A stretch of 64,000 bases of DNA from Actinomycetes bacterium (GTDB lineage: Bacteria; Actinomycetota; Actinomycetes; Actinomycetales; Cellulomonadaceae). Below are positions 27,520 to 37,197 of this stretch, in pieces (position 1 is the first letter of the stretch; each line of letters opens with the position of its first letter). The notes below the pieces were generated by a model that was given only the letters and a program-made list of their open reading frames with translations, searched no databases and had not been told where the DNA came from. Position numbers and translations under genes: made by a program. Where the stretch lies: NCBI GenBank assembly GCA_023438885.1, contig JAEXPS010000008.1, positions 35 to 64,034 on the forward strand, given 5' to 3'.

Positions 27520-29166
27520 TCAGCCGGCATCTCCCGCGGCCGCCCGCAGGCCGTCGCGGATCGCCGCCTGTGCCGCGACGTCCGACTCGTTGTACCGGTG
27601 CAACCAGTCCCGTGCCTCGTCGGCCGCAGGGCCCTCGCCCCGCGCTGCCTCGATCTTGAGCTGGGACTGAGCACCGCCGGCGTCGTCGACCGCCCACCGG
27701 AACCCGAACATCGGCGCGACCACCTTCAGCGAGGCCCCGGCCCGGGACAGGAAGTGCTGCCCGTACCAGGCGCACAGATCCACCGCCCGGCCCTCCAGCA
27801 GCCGGTCGACCTCCGGGTACTTGCGCGTCATCGACCGCTCGGGATGCGACCAGTGGAACACCGTGACCGAGCGGCCCGCGCTCTCCTCCGCCGCCACCAC
27901 AGCGCCCAGCCGGGCCGCGAACTCGGCCGCGAGCTCCGCCTCGCCGGCCTGATCGATCGGCTCGTAGCTGACCACCGGGTCGAAGACGGCGGTCGAGTCG
28001 TCCTGCCCATCCCGAACGCGCAGCCCCCAGAGATAGATGTGCCCGTCGAGGTCCCACTCGATGTCGAAGTCCACCTCGACGTCGGCCTGCGGCACCTGCG
28101 GCCACCGCGACAGCGGCTCGTACTCCACCCCGGCGACGGTCATCCGGGCTCGGCGCACCAGTGCGGCGAAGCGGTCGGCGGCGCGCGGCCCCGGCTGCGA
28201 GTCACGCTCGTCCCAGCCGTCCGGCGCCCGGTCCGGTTCGTGTGCGGCCAGAGCGTCGACCGTCGTCGTGCCGGCGTCGTAGAGCAAGCGCCACTGCTGC
28301 GCCGAGGGCAGCCCGGTGGCGATCGCGAAGGAGGCGTCCCGGGGACCGACCAGGCCGGTGCAGTACTGCAGCCACGGGCACGTACGGCACTCGTAGATGT
28401 GGAACGGTCGCACGATCTCGCCGCCCGACGCGGCCGCCGCAGCGACCTCGAGGCGGAACGCGAACTCGTGGTCGTAGCGCTCGAGCAGGCTGCGCTGCGC
28501 ACGTCCCGACGGCGCGGAGGCCGAGTACGTGGTGCGCCGCGGGCCGGCGAGGTCGAGCCACTGGACCATCCGCACGCGGCCGACGTCCGCCTCGAAGTCG
28601 GAGGAGCCGATGATGCCGCCGACGAGGTGGGCATCACCGGCATGCAGGCCGAGCTCCTGGAGCATCCGCGTGTAGTGGGCCAGCTGGACGCCGTCCTTCT
28701 CCAGGTGGCCGTGCGCCTCCGAGAGTCCCTCGACGAGCCGTAGCTCGGCCGGGTCGTCGAGCGGCGACAGCCACACCGAGCGCCGCGCCGCGGGTGTGCG
28801 CGTGCCGTGGAGCTTGACGTCGACGGGCACATAGCCCGCGCCCAGCCGCACCAGGACGTCCGGCGCACCTACCCGGGCCTTCACCCGCGGCAGCCGACCG
28901 TTGACGATGACGGGTACGCCGTTGCGCATCGCGTCGAGGGTCGCGGTCGCGTTCGCCTCGAACCCGGCGTCGTCGGACAGCAGCAGCGCACCGCCGGCCG
29001 CCAGCTCGGCGTTGACGTGCTCCTCGAACTCGTTGCCGGCGGTGAACAGCCGGCGGGTCTGCTCGTCGACCGGGGGCTTGGGGGGTGAGGCGGGTGAGAA
29101 GTCGTTGTGGACCGCGCGGGCGCACCGCTTGGCCGGATAGCCACCGAGCACCAGGTCGGCCGTCAT
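27520..29166 (-). CDS. TM0106-family RecB-like nuclease with C-terminal RNase H-like exonuclease domain
   Basis: PDVLV...VDVK (PD-D/ExK), QLAHY, CxxCxxxxxC plus an N-terminal Cys; DFDIEW...DL...SLK...YNESD; ATGA overlap with ltrA. Confidence 0.85.
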   Translation of the reverse strand: MTADLVLGGYPAKRCARAVHNDFSPASPPKPPVDEQTRRLFTAGNEFEEHVNAELAAGGALLLSDDAGFEANATATLDAMRNGVPVIVNGRLPRVKARVGAPDVLVRLGAGYVPVDVKLHGTRTPAARRSVWLSPLDDPAELRLVEGLSEAHGHLEKDGVQLAHYTRMLQELGLHAGDAHLVGGIIGSSDFEADVGRVRMVQWLDLAGPRRTTYSASAPSGRAQRSLLERYDHEFAFRLEVAAAAASGGEIVRPFHIYECRTCPWLQYCTGLVGPRDASFAIATGLPSAQQWRLLYDAGTTTVDALAAHEPDRAPDGWDERDSQPGPRAADRFAALVRRARMTVAGVEYEPLSRWPQVPQADVEVDFDIEWDLDGHIYLWGLRVRDGQDDSTAVFDPVVSYEPIDQAGEAELAAEFAARLGAVVAAEESAGRSVTVFHWSHPERSMTRKYPEVDRLLEGRAVDLCAWYGQHFLSRAGASLKVVAPMFGFRWAVDDAGGAQSQLKIEAARGEGPAADEARDWLHRYNESDVAAQAAIRDGLRAAAGDAG

Positions 29167-30404
29167 CGCAGCACCTCCTGGAGCACGGCCGCCATGTGGC
29201 GGTGCCCGATGGTCTCGTAGCCGACGACGATCACGGCCGGCGCGAGGGCGACGACCAGGAGGCACAGGCCGAAGCCGGCGCCGAGCGCCGCCAGCGCCAC
29301 CGCAAGGCACAGCATCGCCGCGGTCCCGGCGAACAGCAGCAGGTGGAACGGATCCACCGCGCCGACGAGGTACGAGTAGATGGCGAAGTAGGCGATGACG
29401 GTGACGAGCACGGGCACCGCGATGGTCAGCACCGCTTCGGCCACCCCGATCGACGACTCCCCCTCCACGACGTACGCCGCGACGTGCAGGCCGGCGCCCA
29501 TCGCCGCGAGCGACGAGAAGATGACGATCCCGCCGTACCCCCACACCCACGCCCGGCGCCGGTGCCGGCGCAGCACGTCGCCCGCCGGCACCACGAAGTA
29601 CACCCACCACACGCCGAATGCCAGGCCCGTGCCGGCGACGACCACGAGCACGGCCTCCGTGCTCCACCCGACCCGGCCCACCACGGCGGACACCGCGGCG
29701 ATGGTGCCCAGCACCACCTCCCCCAGCGTGATCATCACCAGCAGGCCGTACCGCTCCGCGATGTGGTGCGCGTGCCACGGCGGCACCTGCGACGCCCGTG
29801 CCGCGAGCACCGGGCCGCCCAGCTCGACGGCGTAGAGCAGCACCAGCACGGGAACGAGGCGCCCCAGCGGCAGGTCGAGGAAGAGGACCGCCGTCCAGCC
29901 GACCTGGGACACGGCGATGGCGCCCGCGAAGGTCGTGGCGAAGCGGCGGTTCGCCGGGTCCTGGACGGCGACGCGCACCCACTGCGCCACCATCGCCACC
30001 CGCATCACGATGTACCCGGCCACCACCACGCCGTTGTCCAGCGGCTCGCCGTGGTCGATCGAGGTGAACACCTGGGGCACACCGAGAGCGAGGACGAGCA
30101 CACCGACCATCTGCACCATCGTGGCCAGCCGGAAGAACCAGTCGTCGGTGTCGAACGCCGAGGCGAACCACGAGAAGTTCACCCAGGCCCAGCAGACGGC
30201 GAACGCGACGAACGAGAACGCCACCAGCGCGGCGGCGAAGTGACCCTCGGCCAGCAGGTGTGCCGCCTGGTCGCCCGCCTGCGCGAACGCTGCGACGAAG
30301 GTCAGGTCGAACAGCAGCTCGAGCGGGGTGGCCGACCGGTGCGCCTCCTCGGGGTCCCGGCCCGTCATCCGGCGCAAGCGGTGATGGCGCTCGGCGAGGC
30401 TCAC
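29163..30404 (-). CDS. ltrA: Low temperature requirement protein A family membrane protein
   Basis: ATPLELLFDLTFV, W.W...W.AS.FD.DD, HIAERYGL..MI.LGE. Confidence 0.9.
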   Translation of the reverse strand: MSLAERHHRLRRMTGRDPEEAHRSATPLELLFDLTFVAAFAQAGDQAAHLLAEGHFAAALVAFSFVAFAVCWAWVNFSWFASAFDTDDWFFRLATMVQMVGVLVLALGVPQVFTSIDHGEPLDNGVVVAGYIVMRVAMVAQWVRVAVQDPANRRFATTFAGAIAVSQVGWTAVLFLDLPLGRLVPVLVLLYAVELGGPVLAARASQVPPWHAHHIAERYGLLVMITLGEVVLGTIAAVSAVVGRVGWSTEAVLVVVAGTGLAFGVWWVYFVVPAGDVLRRHRRRAWVWGYGGIVIFSSLAAMGAGLHVAAYVVEGESSIGVAEAVLTIAVPVLVTVIAYFAIYSYLVGAVDPFHLLLFAGTAAMLCLAVALAALGAGFGLCLLVVALAPAVIVVGYETIGHRHMAAVLQEVLR

Positions 30405-30465
30405 CGGGTCAGGCTAGAGGCACGCACCGACGTTCCGCGCCGCGGTGGGACGAGGCGCCGAGCAG

Positions 30466-31773
30466 TCAGCCGGTGACGGCCTCCTCGGCGGGCTCGGTGG
30501 CGTGGGTGGTGACGTAGAACCGCGCCGTGACGATCAGGCCGAGGGCCAGCAGCGCCGACGTCAGCACGAACGGCCACGTGCGGTTCATGCCGGACAGCCA
30601 GCCGGCGATCCACCCGAACGGCGCGGTGGCCAGCATCACGCACGTGCGCTGGATCGCCATGACGCGCGAGCGCTCGTCCTTGTCGACGTGGAGCGCCACC
30701 AGCGACTCCGAGAGCATGAAGAGGATGCCGGCACCGAACGCGTCGAGCACCAGGGTGCCCCCGAGCAGGGCGTAGGTGCCCGCCGTCGCCGCACCGCCGG
30801 GCGCAGGGATCGCCACGAGCAGCAGCTGCCCGGCCAGGTACGCGCCGAAGCCCCACAGCGTCGCGCGCTTGAGGCGATGGGTGCCGGTCAGCCGCGGGAT
30901 CAGCGTGAAGAAGAAGATCCCTGAGAGGATCGAGCGCGCCATGGGGAAGAACGGGAGCAGCGCATCCGGCACCCCGAGCTTGGTGTTGATGATCACCTGC
31001 CAGAACGTGCCGGTCACCACCGTCACGGCGCCGACGATCGCCATCACGGCCAGCGAGAACACGGTGCCGCGCGAGCGCAGCACCATCGGGAGCACCGCGC
31101 GGTACTCCGCCAGCAGCGACCAGATCGACCGCCCGCGGGTCTGCTCCATCCGGACCCGGCCGGTCCCGGTCTCGGTGGAGTACCGGTAGAGGATCAGGAG
31201 CTTGAGCGTCATGACGACCGCCGCGTTGACGTACAGGATCCGCACGGCGGGCTCCAGCCCCTGCCGCGACACCAGGAACGCGGCGATCGGCGCGAACAGG
31301 GCCGAGAAGTTCCCGGCGACTCCCACCAGCGAGTAGATGCCGGTGATGTGCCGCGGCTCGGCGTCCTCAACCAGGAGGCAGTCCCACGAGTTCTGCGTCA
31401 CCTGCCAGGCGCCGTTGATGAGGGACGCGACGAGGAAGTACCAGAAGTTCTGCGCGACCGCCCAGATCAAGCACGGCACCGCCCATGCGACGACGTCGAA
31501 CACCGCGGTGGTGGTGCGTCGGCCCAGCTTGTCCGTGATGACGCCCGACAGCAGTCCGAACACCACCTGCGACAGCAGGGAGACCGTCGCCAGCAGCCCG
31601 ATCTGCTCGTCGTGCACACCGAGCGCCAGCATGTAGACCGACGCGTACGGCAGCACCAGGGCCATCGACAGGCCCCACATCGGCTCCGTGTAGACGGCGG
31701 CACGGGGGTTGCCGCGCAACGTCTTCAGGGTGGTCCACAGGGAGTTGGGGTTGCGCTGCACCGGAGAAGTCAA
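30466..31773 (-). CDS. MFS transporter
   Basis: About 12 hydrophobic segments; motif A GVITDKLGRR; start (TTG 31773 or GTG 31761) uncertain. Confidence 0.85.
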   Translation of the reverse strand: MTSPVQRNPNSLWTTLKTLRGNPRAAVYTEPMWGLSMALVLPYASVYMLALGVHDEQIGLLATVSLLSQVVFGLLSGVITDKLGRRTTTAVFDVVAWAVPCLIWAVAQNFWYFLVASLINGAWQVTQNSWDCLLVEDAEPRHITGIYSLVGVAGNFSALFAPIAAFLVSRQGLEPAVRILYVNAAVVMTLKLLILYRYSTETGTGRVRMEQTRGRSIWSLLAEYRAVLPMVLRSRGTVFSLAVMAIVGAVTVVTGTFWQVIINTKLGVPDALLPFFPMARSILSGIFFFTLIPRLTGTHRLKRATLWGFGAYLAGQLLLVAIPAPGGAATAGTYALLGGTLVLDAFGAGILFMLSESLVALHVDKDERSRVMAIQRTCVMLATAPFGWIAGWLSGMNRTWPFVLTSALLALGLIVTARFYVTTHATEPAEEAVTG

Positions 31774-31938
31774 GCACTCGCCGACCATCTCCCTGGCACG
31801 ACGAGGCAGGCCAAGAACGTCCCATTGGACGGGCCGCGCGACGTTCGCCGGGCTGCACGGTGCTGCCGTTGCTCCCGCAGACGACGAAGACGGCGCAAGC
31901 GGCCCCCCGCGCCCGTTGTGCTCCCTACCATCAGGGGC

Positions 31939-32376
31939 ATGTTCCTCTCACACGTGGAGATCCAGTGCGCCGACTTCGCGAAGTCGGCGCAGTTCTATGA
32001 CGCCGTGATGGCCACCCTCGGCGCCGGGCGCAGGGAGGACAAGTCGCCGTACGCCATCGGCTATGGCGTGCACGGCCCCGACTTCTGGATCGGAACGTTC
32101 GTGAGCGGGACCGGTTTCCGCGAGTCGCACATCGCCTTCGCCGCCGAGACGAACGAGCAGGTCGACGCCTTCGTCGAGGCTGCCCGCGCGCTGGGCTACG
32201 AGGTGCTCCACGAGCCACGCGAGTGGCCTGAGTACATCGGCGATGCCGTCGTCGGCTACTACGCCGGGTTCGTGCGCGACCCGGACGGCAACAACATCGA
32301 GGCGGCCGTCTGCGTGCTCGACCTGCCGGGGCTCGACAAGCCGACCGCCTGGGCCGGAGGCCGCGACCGGGCGTAG
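31939..32376 (+). CDS. VOC/glyoxalase family protein
   Basis: SHV...D..KS..FY, HIAF.A, YYAGFVRDPDGNNIEA; leaderless after TACCAT. Confidence 0.9.
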   Translation: MFLSHVEIQCADFAKSAQFYDAVMATLGAGRREDKSPYAIGYGVHGPDFWIGTFVSGTGFRESHIAFAAETNEQVDAFVEAARALGYEVLHEPREWPEYIGDAVVGYYAGFVRDPDGNNIEAAVCVLDLPGLDKPTAWAGGRDRA

Positions 32377-32485
32377 TCGCATCGGCGGAGGCGCTCGGTT
32401 GCCGGCGTCGCGTTCGAGGCAGCGGAGCTCAGCGACGGGGTGCTGACCCGCGGCGAGGCGACGGCGCGCTCAGCGCCCCGCCCCC

Positions 32486-32851
32486 TCAGGGGTGCGCGAC
32501 GATGTCGTTTCCCTCGTCGACGATGACCACCCGTGGCGTGTGGCGGCGAGCGTCCTCGTCGCTCATCAAGCCGTACGCGACCACGATCACAAGGTCGCCC
32601 ACGGACACGAGGTGGGCCGCGGCCCCGTTGATCCGGATGTCGCGGCCTCCCCGAGGTCCCGGGATCGCGTAGGTGGTGAGGCGCTCACCGTTGGTGATGT
32701 CGAGGACGTCCACCTCCTGGTTGGGCAGGAGGTCCGCCGCCTCCATCAGCTCCTCGTCGATCGTGATCGACCCCACGTAGTCGAGGTCGGCCTGGGTGAC
32801 GGTCGCGCGATGGATCTTCGACAGCATCATGAAGCGCTGGAGCGAGCTCAC
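32486..32851 (-). CDS. panD: Aspartate 1-decarboxylase
   Basis: [34 protein letters not shown]. Confidence 0.95.
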   Translation of the reverse strand: MSSLQRFMMLSKIHRATVTQADLDYVGSITIDEELMEAADLLPNQEVDVLDITNGERLTTYAIPGPRGGRDIRINGAAAHLVSVGDLVIVVAYGLMSDEDARRHTPRVVIVDEGNDIVAHP

Positions 32852-32995
32852 GATCGTCAATCCTAGGCGTCGCGCGGATCGTCACTCCTCCGCCGTACGG
32901 GCAGGCCCGGGGCCAGGAATCGCGATGACACGCCGGCTCAGGCGTCCGTAGTGTCTGGGGCTCCCACCATCCCCGACATCGAAGGTGCTTCGACC

Positions 32996-33742
32996 GTGGA
33001 CATCCCCCGGATCTTCAACATCAGCGAGAGCGACCACCGCATCCACAACCCGTTCACGCCGGAGAAGCTGGCCACGCTCGGCGCGGCGGTGCGCCTGGAG
33101 CCGGGCACCCGGATCCTCGACCTCGCCAGCGGCTCGGGCGAGATGCTGTGCACCTGGGCCCGGGACCACGGGATCGTCGGGACCGGCGTCGACATGAGCG
33201 CGCCGTTCACCGAGCGGGCACGCCTGCGCGCCGTCGAGCTCGGCGTCGCCGATCGCGTCACGTTCGTCCATGACGATGCGGCCGGCTACGTGTCCGACGA
33301 GAAGGTCGGCGTCGCCGCGTGCGTCGGAGCCACCTGGATCGGCGGTGGTGTCGCCGGCACCATCGAGCTCCTGACGAGGAGCCTCGTCCCCGGCGGCACG
33401 GTGCTCATCGGCGAGCCGTACTGGCGGCAGCTGCCGGCGACGCAGGAGGTCGCCCAGGCCTGTGGCGCCGAGTCGATCTCGGACTTCCTGACGCTCCCCG
33501 AGCTGCTCGGGTCGTTCGACGAGCTGGGCCACGACGTCGTCGAGATGGTGCTGGCCGACCAGGACAGCTGGGACAGGTACGAGGCGCCCCGGTGGATCAC
33601 GATGCGCCGCTGGCTCGACGCCCATCCGGACGACGACTTCGCGGCGGAGGTCCGGGCCGAGCTGACCTCGGCCCCGCGGCGGTACGCCGCCTACACCCGC
33701 GAGTACGTCGGATGGGGGGTCTTCGCCCTCGTCGCCCGGTGA
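32996..33742 (+). CDS. Class I SAM-dependent methyltransferase (YjhP-like)
   Basis: ILDLASGSGE SAM motif; DIPRIF.ISES.HRIHNPFT N-terminus and GWGVFAL C-terminus recalled from E. coli YjhP. Confidence 0.85.
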   Translation: MDIPRIFNISESDHRIHNPFTPEKLATLGAAVRLEPGTRILDLASGSGEMLCTWARDHGIVGTGVDMSAPFTERARLRAVELGVADRVTFVHDDAAGYVSDEKVGVAACVGATWIGGGVAGTIELLTRSLVPGGTVLIGEPYWRQLPATQEVAQACGAESISDFLTLPELLGSFDELGHDVVEMVLADQDSWDRYEAPRWITMRRWLDAHPDDDFAAEVRAELTSAPRRYAAYTREYVGWGVFALVAR

Positions 33743-33752
33743 TGGGCCCTCG

Positions 33753-33778
33753 ACCTGCGGGTCCGCACCCCCGCAGGT
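33753..33778. terminator. Hairpin downstream of the methyltransferase gene
   Basis: acctgcggg ... cccgcaggt (9-bp perfect stem). Confidence 0.45.
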
Positions 33779-33862
33779 AGCGTCTGGCTCGGCGGGGCCG
33801 CTCGGCGCAGCATCTGCGCCCGAACGTTCCGCGCCGGACCCGCGCGGCACGAGGGAGCGGAC

Positions 33863-35242
33863 ATGGACGTCGAGCAGGCCCGCATCGCAGTCCAGGCACT
33901 GATGCCCCGCGCCCATGCCGAGCTGGCCGAGCTGGTCGCCATGCGGTCCGTCGCCGACCCCCGGCAGTTCCCGCCCGAGGAGTGCACGCGCGCGGCCCAG
34001 TGGCTCGTCGACGCATTCACGCAGGTGGGCGTGCAGGACGTGCATCTCCAGCCGACGCCGGACGGCACCAGCGCAGTGGTCGGCTTCACGCCCGGGCCGG
34101 ACGGCGCTCCGACCGTTCTCCTCTACGGCCACTACGACGTGCAGCCGCCACTGGTCGACGACGCGTGGCACTCCCCTCCGTTCGAGCTCACCGAGCGCGA
34201 CGGCCGCTGGTACGGGCGGGGTGCGGCCGACTGCAAGGGCAACCTGCTGGTGCATCTCACGGCGCTGCGCGCACTGGCCGGTGCCGCGCCCGAAGGGCAC
34301 CTCTTCCCCGTCGGGGTCCGTGTGGTGGTCGAGGGTTCCGAGGAGCAGGGCACGGGAGGCCTCGAGGAGTACGTCGCCGCCAACCCGGGCGCCCTGGACG
34401 CCGATGTCATCGTGGTGGCGGACACCGGTAACGCCGAGGTCGGCTTGCCCACCGTCACGACGACCCTGCGCGGCATCGCCAACGTCGTCGTGCACGTCGA
34501 GGCGCTGACCGGCGAGATCCACTCCGGGATGTTCGGCGGTCCCGCCCCCGACGGGCTCGCGGCGCTGGTGCACATGCTCGCCACGCTCCGAGACGAGCGG
34601 GGCAACACGACGATCGACGGCCTCGACGCCTCGGCGAGGTGGCCAGGGGTGCCCTACCCGGCCGAGCAGTTCCGCGCGGACGCCGGCGTGATCGACGGGG
34701 TGCACCTGCTCGGTGACGGCGAGGTGGCGGACCTGGTCTGGGCGCGGCCGGCGGTGACGATCCTCGGCATCGACTGCCCTCCCGTGGTGGGCTCGGCCGC
34801 CGCGATCCAGCCGCGAGCGTCGGCCCGGCTCAACCTGCGGGTGCCGCCGCACATGAGCGCGCGTGCGGCCCAGGACGCCCTCGTGGCCCATCTCGAGAAT
34901 GCCGCGCCGTGGGGCGTCAAGGTCCGGATCGAGCGCGAGTCCGACGGCGAGCCGTTCAGCGCTGCCACCGACGGCCCCGCGTACGCAGTCCTGGCGGGGG
35001 CGATGGCGGACGCCTTCGGGCGCCCGATGGTGACCGCCGGGCAGGGCGGCTCGATCCCCCTGTGCAACGTGCTGGCGGCCGGCTACCCGAAGGCCGAGAT
35101 CGTGCTCCTCGGGGTCGAGGAGCCGAAGTGCCTGATCCATGCACCGAACGAGAGCGTCGACCCGAGGGAGATCGAGAACATGGCGGTGGCGGAGACCCTG
35201 TTCCTGTCCCGGCTCCCCGGAGCGGGCCGGCACCATGGCTGA
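33863..35242 (+). CDS. M20 family dipeptidase
   Basis: YGHYDVQP, GRGAADCKG, EGSEE, HSGMFGG, GGSIP, IHAPNES. Confidence 0.92.
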   Translation: MDVEQARIAVQALMPRAHAELAELVAMRSVADPRQFPPEECTRAAQWLVDAFTQVGVQDVHLQPTPDGTSAVVGFTPGPDGAPTVLLYGHYDVQPPLVDDAWHSPPFELTERDGRWYGRGAADCKGNLLVHLTALRALAGAAPEGHLFPVGVRVVVEGSEEQGTGGLEEYVAANPGALDADVIVVADTGNAEVGLPTVTTTLRGIANVVVHVEALTGEIHSGMFGGPAPDGLAALVHMLATLRDERGNTTIDGLDASARWPGVPYPAEQFRADAGVIDGVHLLGDGEVADLVWARPAVTILGIDCPPVVGSAAAIQPRASARLNLRVPPHMSARAAQDALVAHLENAAPWGVKVRIERESDGEPFSAATDGPAYAVLAGAMADAFGRPMVTAGQGGSIPLCNVLAAGYPKAEIVLLGVEEPKCLIHAPNESVDPREIENMAVAETLFLSRLPGAGRHHG

Positions 35243-36752
35243 GGCCGCGAGCACGTCCACGACACGCCACACCGGGGTCCTGGTCGCCACGTGCCTGTCG
35301 ACGCTCGTCGTCAACGCCAACACCTCCGCGGTGAGCATCCTGCTGCCCGCCATCAGCGCCGACACCGGAACCTCGGTCGACACGCTCCAGTGGGCGGTCA
35401 CCGGCTACTCGCTGATGGGCGCCGCGGTGATCATCACCGCCGGGTCGCTGGGCGACGTGTTCGGGCGCCGCAGGGTGTTCCAGCTCGGCCTGCTGCTGTT
35501 CGTCGTCTCCTGCGTCTTCATCGCCCTGGCCAACAGCGGAACGATGGTCATCCTCGGCCGGGTGATCCAGGGCGCGGCGGGCTCGACGATCCTCGCCTGC
35601 GGCCTGAGCCTCCTGACGGTGGCGAACACCGGCCAGCAGCAGGAACAGCTGAGAACCGTCTCCCTGTGGGGCGCGGCGGCGGCCGTCGGCGCGGCAGCCG
35701 GGCCGCTGATCGGCGGCCTGCTGGTCGACCTCACCGGATGGCAGGGCCTGTTCTGGATCGACGCCGGCGTCGCGATCGTCTGCATGCTCATCACCGCTGC
35801 CGCCGTCTCCGAGTCGCGCGACCCCCACCGTCCACGCGACATCGACTACCTCGGCTCCGTGCTGGTCGCACTCACGCTGAGCCCGATCGTGCTCGCGATG
35901 AGCAAGGGCAGTGCCTGGGGATGGTTCTCGCTCGCGACCATCGGCTGCCTCGTGGTCGCCGTCGCCTCCGGGTTCGCCTTCGTCGCCGTCGAGCGCCGGG
36001 TCGCGGTCCCGCTGCTGGACCTGAACCTGCTCCGCAACCGCATCCTGGTGGGCTCCACCGTCGCGATCCTCATCGGTGCCGGCACCATCAACGGCCTGAT
36101 GTACCTGCTCAGCCTCTACTTCCAGAACCCGGACGCTCTGGGCTTCTCGCCCTTCCAGGCGGGTCTGGCCACCCTGCCCGCCACCGTGGGCCTGGTCGTC
36201 ATCGCCCCGATCGTCCCCCGGCTGGCCGCCAAGTACGGCGGCCGCCAGGTCGTCGCACTCGGCTTCCTCGTCACGGCGGCCGGCTTCGCGGTGATCGGTC
36301 TGACGCAGCCGGACTGGAGGTACGTCGCGTTCCTGCTGCCCCTCATCGCCATCGCGGTGGGCATGGGGATGTCGAACGGTCCGGCGTCCTCCGCCTCGAC
36401 CGCCAGCGTGGACGAGGCGCAGGTCGGGTCGGCATCGGGTGTCTCGAACATGGCGCGGTACGTCGGTGCCGCCGTCGCGACGGCTCTGGCCGCCACCATC
36501 AACGCCGCGGTCATCACGAACCGCACCGATGCGGGGTACTCGCCGGCGGAGGGCCTCGCCTCCGGCCTCGGGGCGGCGAGCTGGGTGATGGCCGGGTTCA
36601 GCGTCGCGGGTGTCGCCATGGCCGTGGTGATGGGGCGTCACCACCCGCCGCAGGGCACGCTCGACGACGCGGCCGCCTCGGCCGCCGCGGTCGCCCACAC
36701 GCTGCCGACCACGGCCTCCGGTACGGCGGGGCAGCCGGCCGCTACTCGTTGA
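35235..36752 (+). CDS. MFS transporter (DHA2, 14-TM)
   Basis: GSLGDVFGRRR motif A, GRVIQG, GP.IGG motif C, ID..G. Confidence 0.9.
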   Translation: MAEAASTSTTRHTGVLVATCLSTLVVNANTSAVSILLPAISADTGTSVDTLQWAVTGYSLMGAAVIITAGSLGDVFGRRRVFQLGLLLFVVSCVFIALANSGTMVILGRVIQGAAGSTILACGLSLLTVANTGQQQEQLRTVSLWGAAAAVGAAAGPLIGGLLVDLTGWQGLFWIDAGVAIVCMLITAAAVSESRDPHRPRDIDYLGSVLVALTLSPIVLAMSKGSAWGWFSLATIGCLVVAVASGFAFVAVERRVAVPLLDLNLLRNRILVGSTVAILIGAGTINGLMYLLSLYFQNPDALGFSPFQAGLATLPATVGLVVIAPIVPRLAAKYGGRQVVALGFLVTAAGFAVIGLTQPDWRYVAFLLPLIAIAVGMGMSNGPASSASTASVDEAQVGSASGVSNMARYVGAAVATALAATINAAVITNRTDAGYSPAEGLASGLGAASWVMAGFSVAGVAMAVVMGRHHPPQGTLDDAAASAAAVAHTLPTTASGTAGQPAATR

Positions 36753-37197
36753 TGACGACGGCGACCTTGAGGTCGTCGAGCCAGGCCTTGACGGCGTCCA
36801 GCCGGTCCGGGCAGTAGATCGACATGATGAGCACCTGACCGCGGACCACCCGCTCGTCGGCGATCACGGGGCGGATGCCGGGACCCGCCGCGCCGTTGAC
36901 CAGCTGGGAGTAGTAGGTCGCCTGGCTCAGCTCGCTGTCCGGGCTCGCACACGCCGCTCCGCCGTCCGTGCCCAGCGTGTTGACGACCTGATCGTGCGAC
37001 GGCACGTTCTCCACGCCCGCCTCCGCCAGCGCCGCGATCAGCTGGTTGGCCTTGTCGTCAGCCTCGGCGCCGGCCTCGTCGGACCCGGAGTCGAAGACGA
37101 TGGCGCCGACGACCGCGAGGAGCACGAACACGACCCCGATGAGGACGTACACCACGATGCGCTCTCCACGGTGGGTGGTCTCGTGATGGGTGCTCAT
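36742..37197 (-). CDS. Membrane-anchored hypothetical protein (DUF732-like Cys pair)
   Basis: Single N-terminal TM; LIAAL.EAGV...GGAAC...IYCP; ATGA-coupled to the APC permease. Confidence 0.7.
   Translation of the reverse strand: MSTHHETTHRGERIVVYVLIGVVFVLLAVVGAIVFDSGSDEAGAEADDKANQLIAALAEAGVENVPSHDQVVNTLGTDGGAACASPDSELSQATYYSQLVNGAAGPGIRPVIADERVVRGQVLIMSIYCPDRLDAVKAWLDDLKVAVVINE

Noticed and set aside
27520..29166. Cas4-like motifs as evidence of CRISPR-Cas
   Set aside because: No cas1/cas2 or array; the architecture fits the TM0106 family
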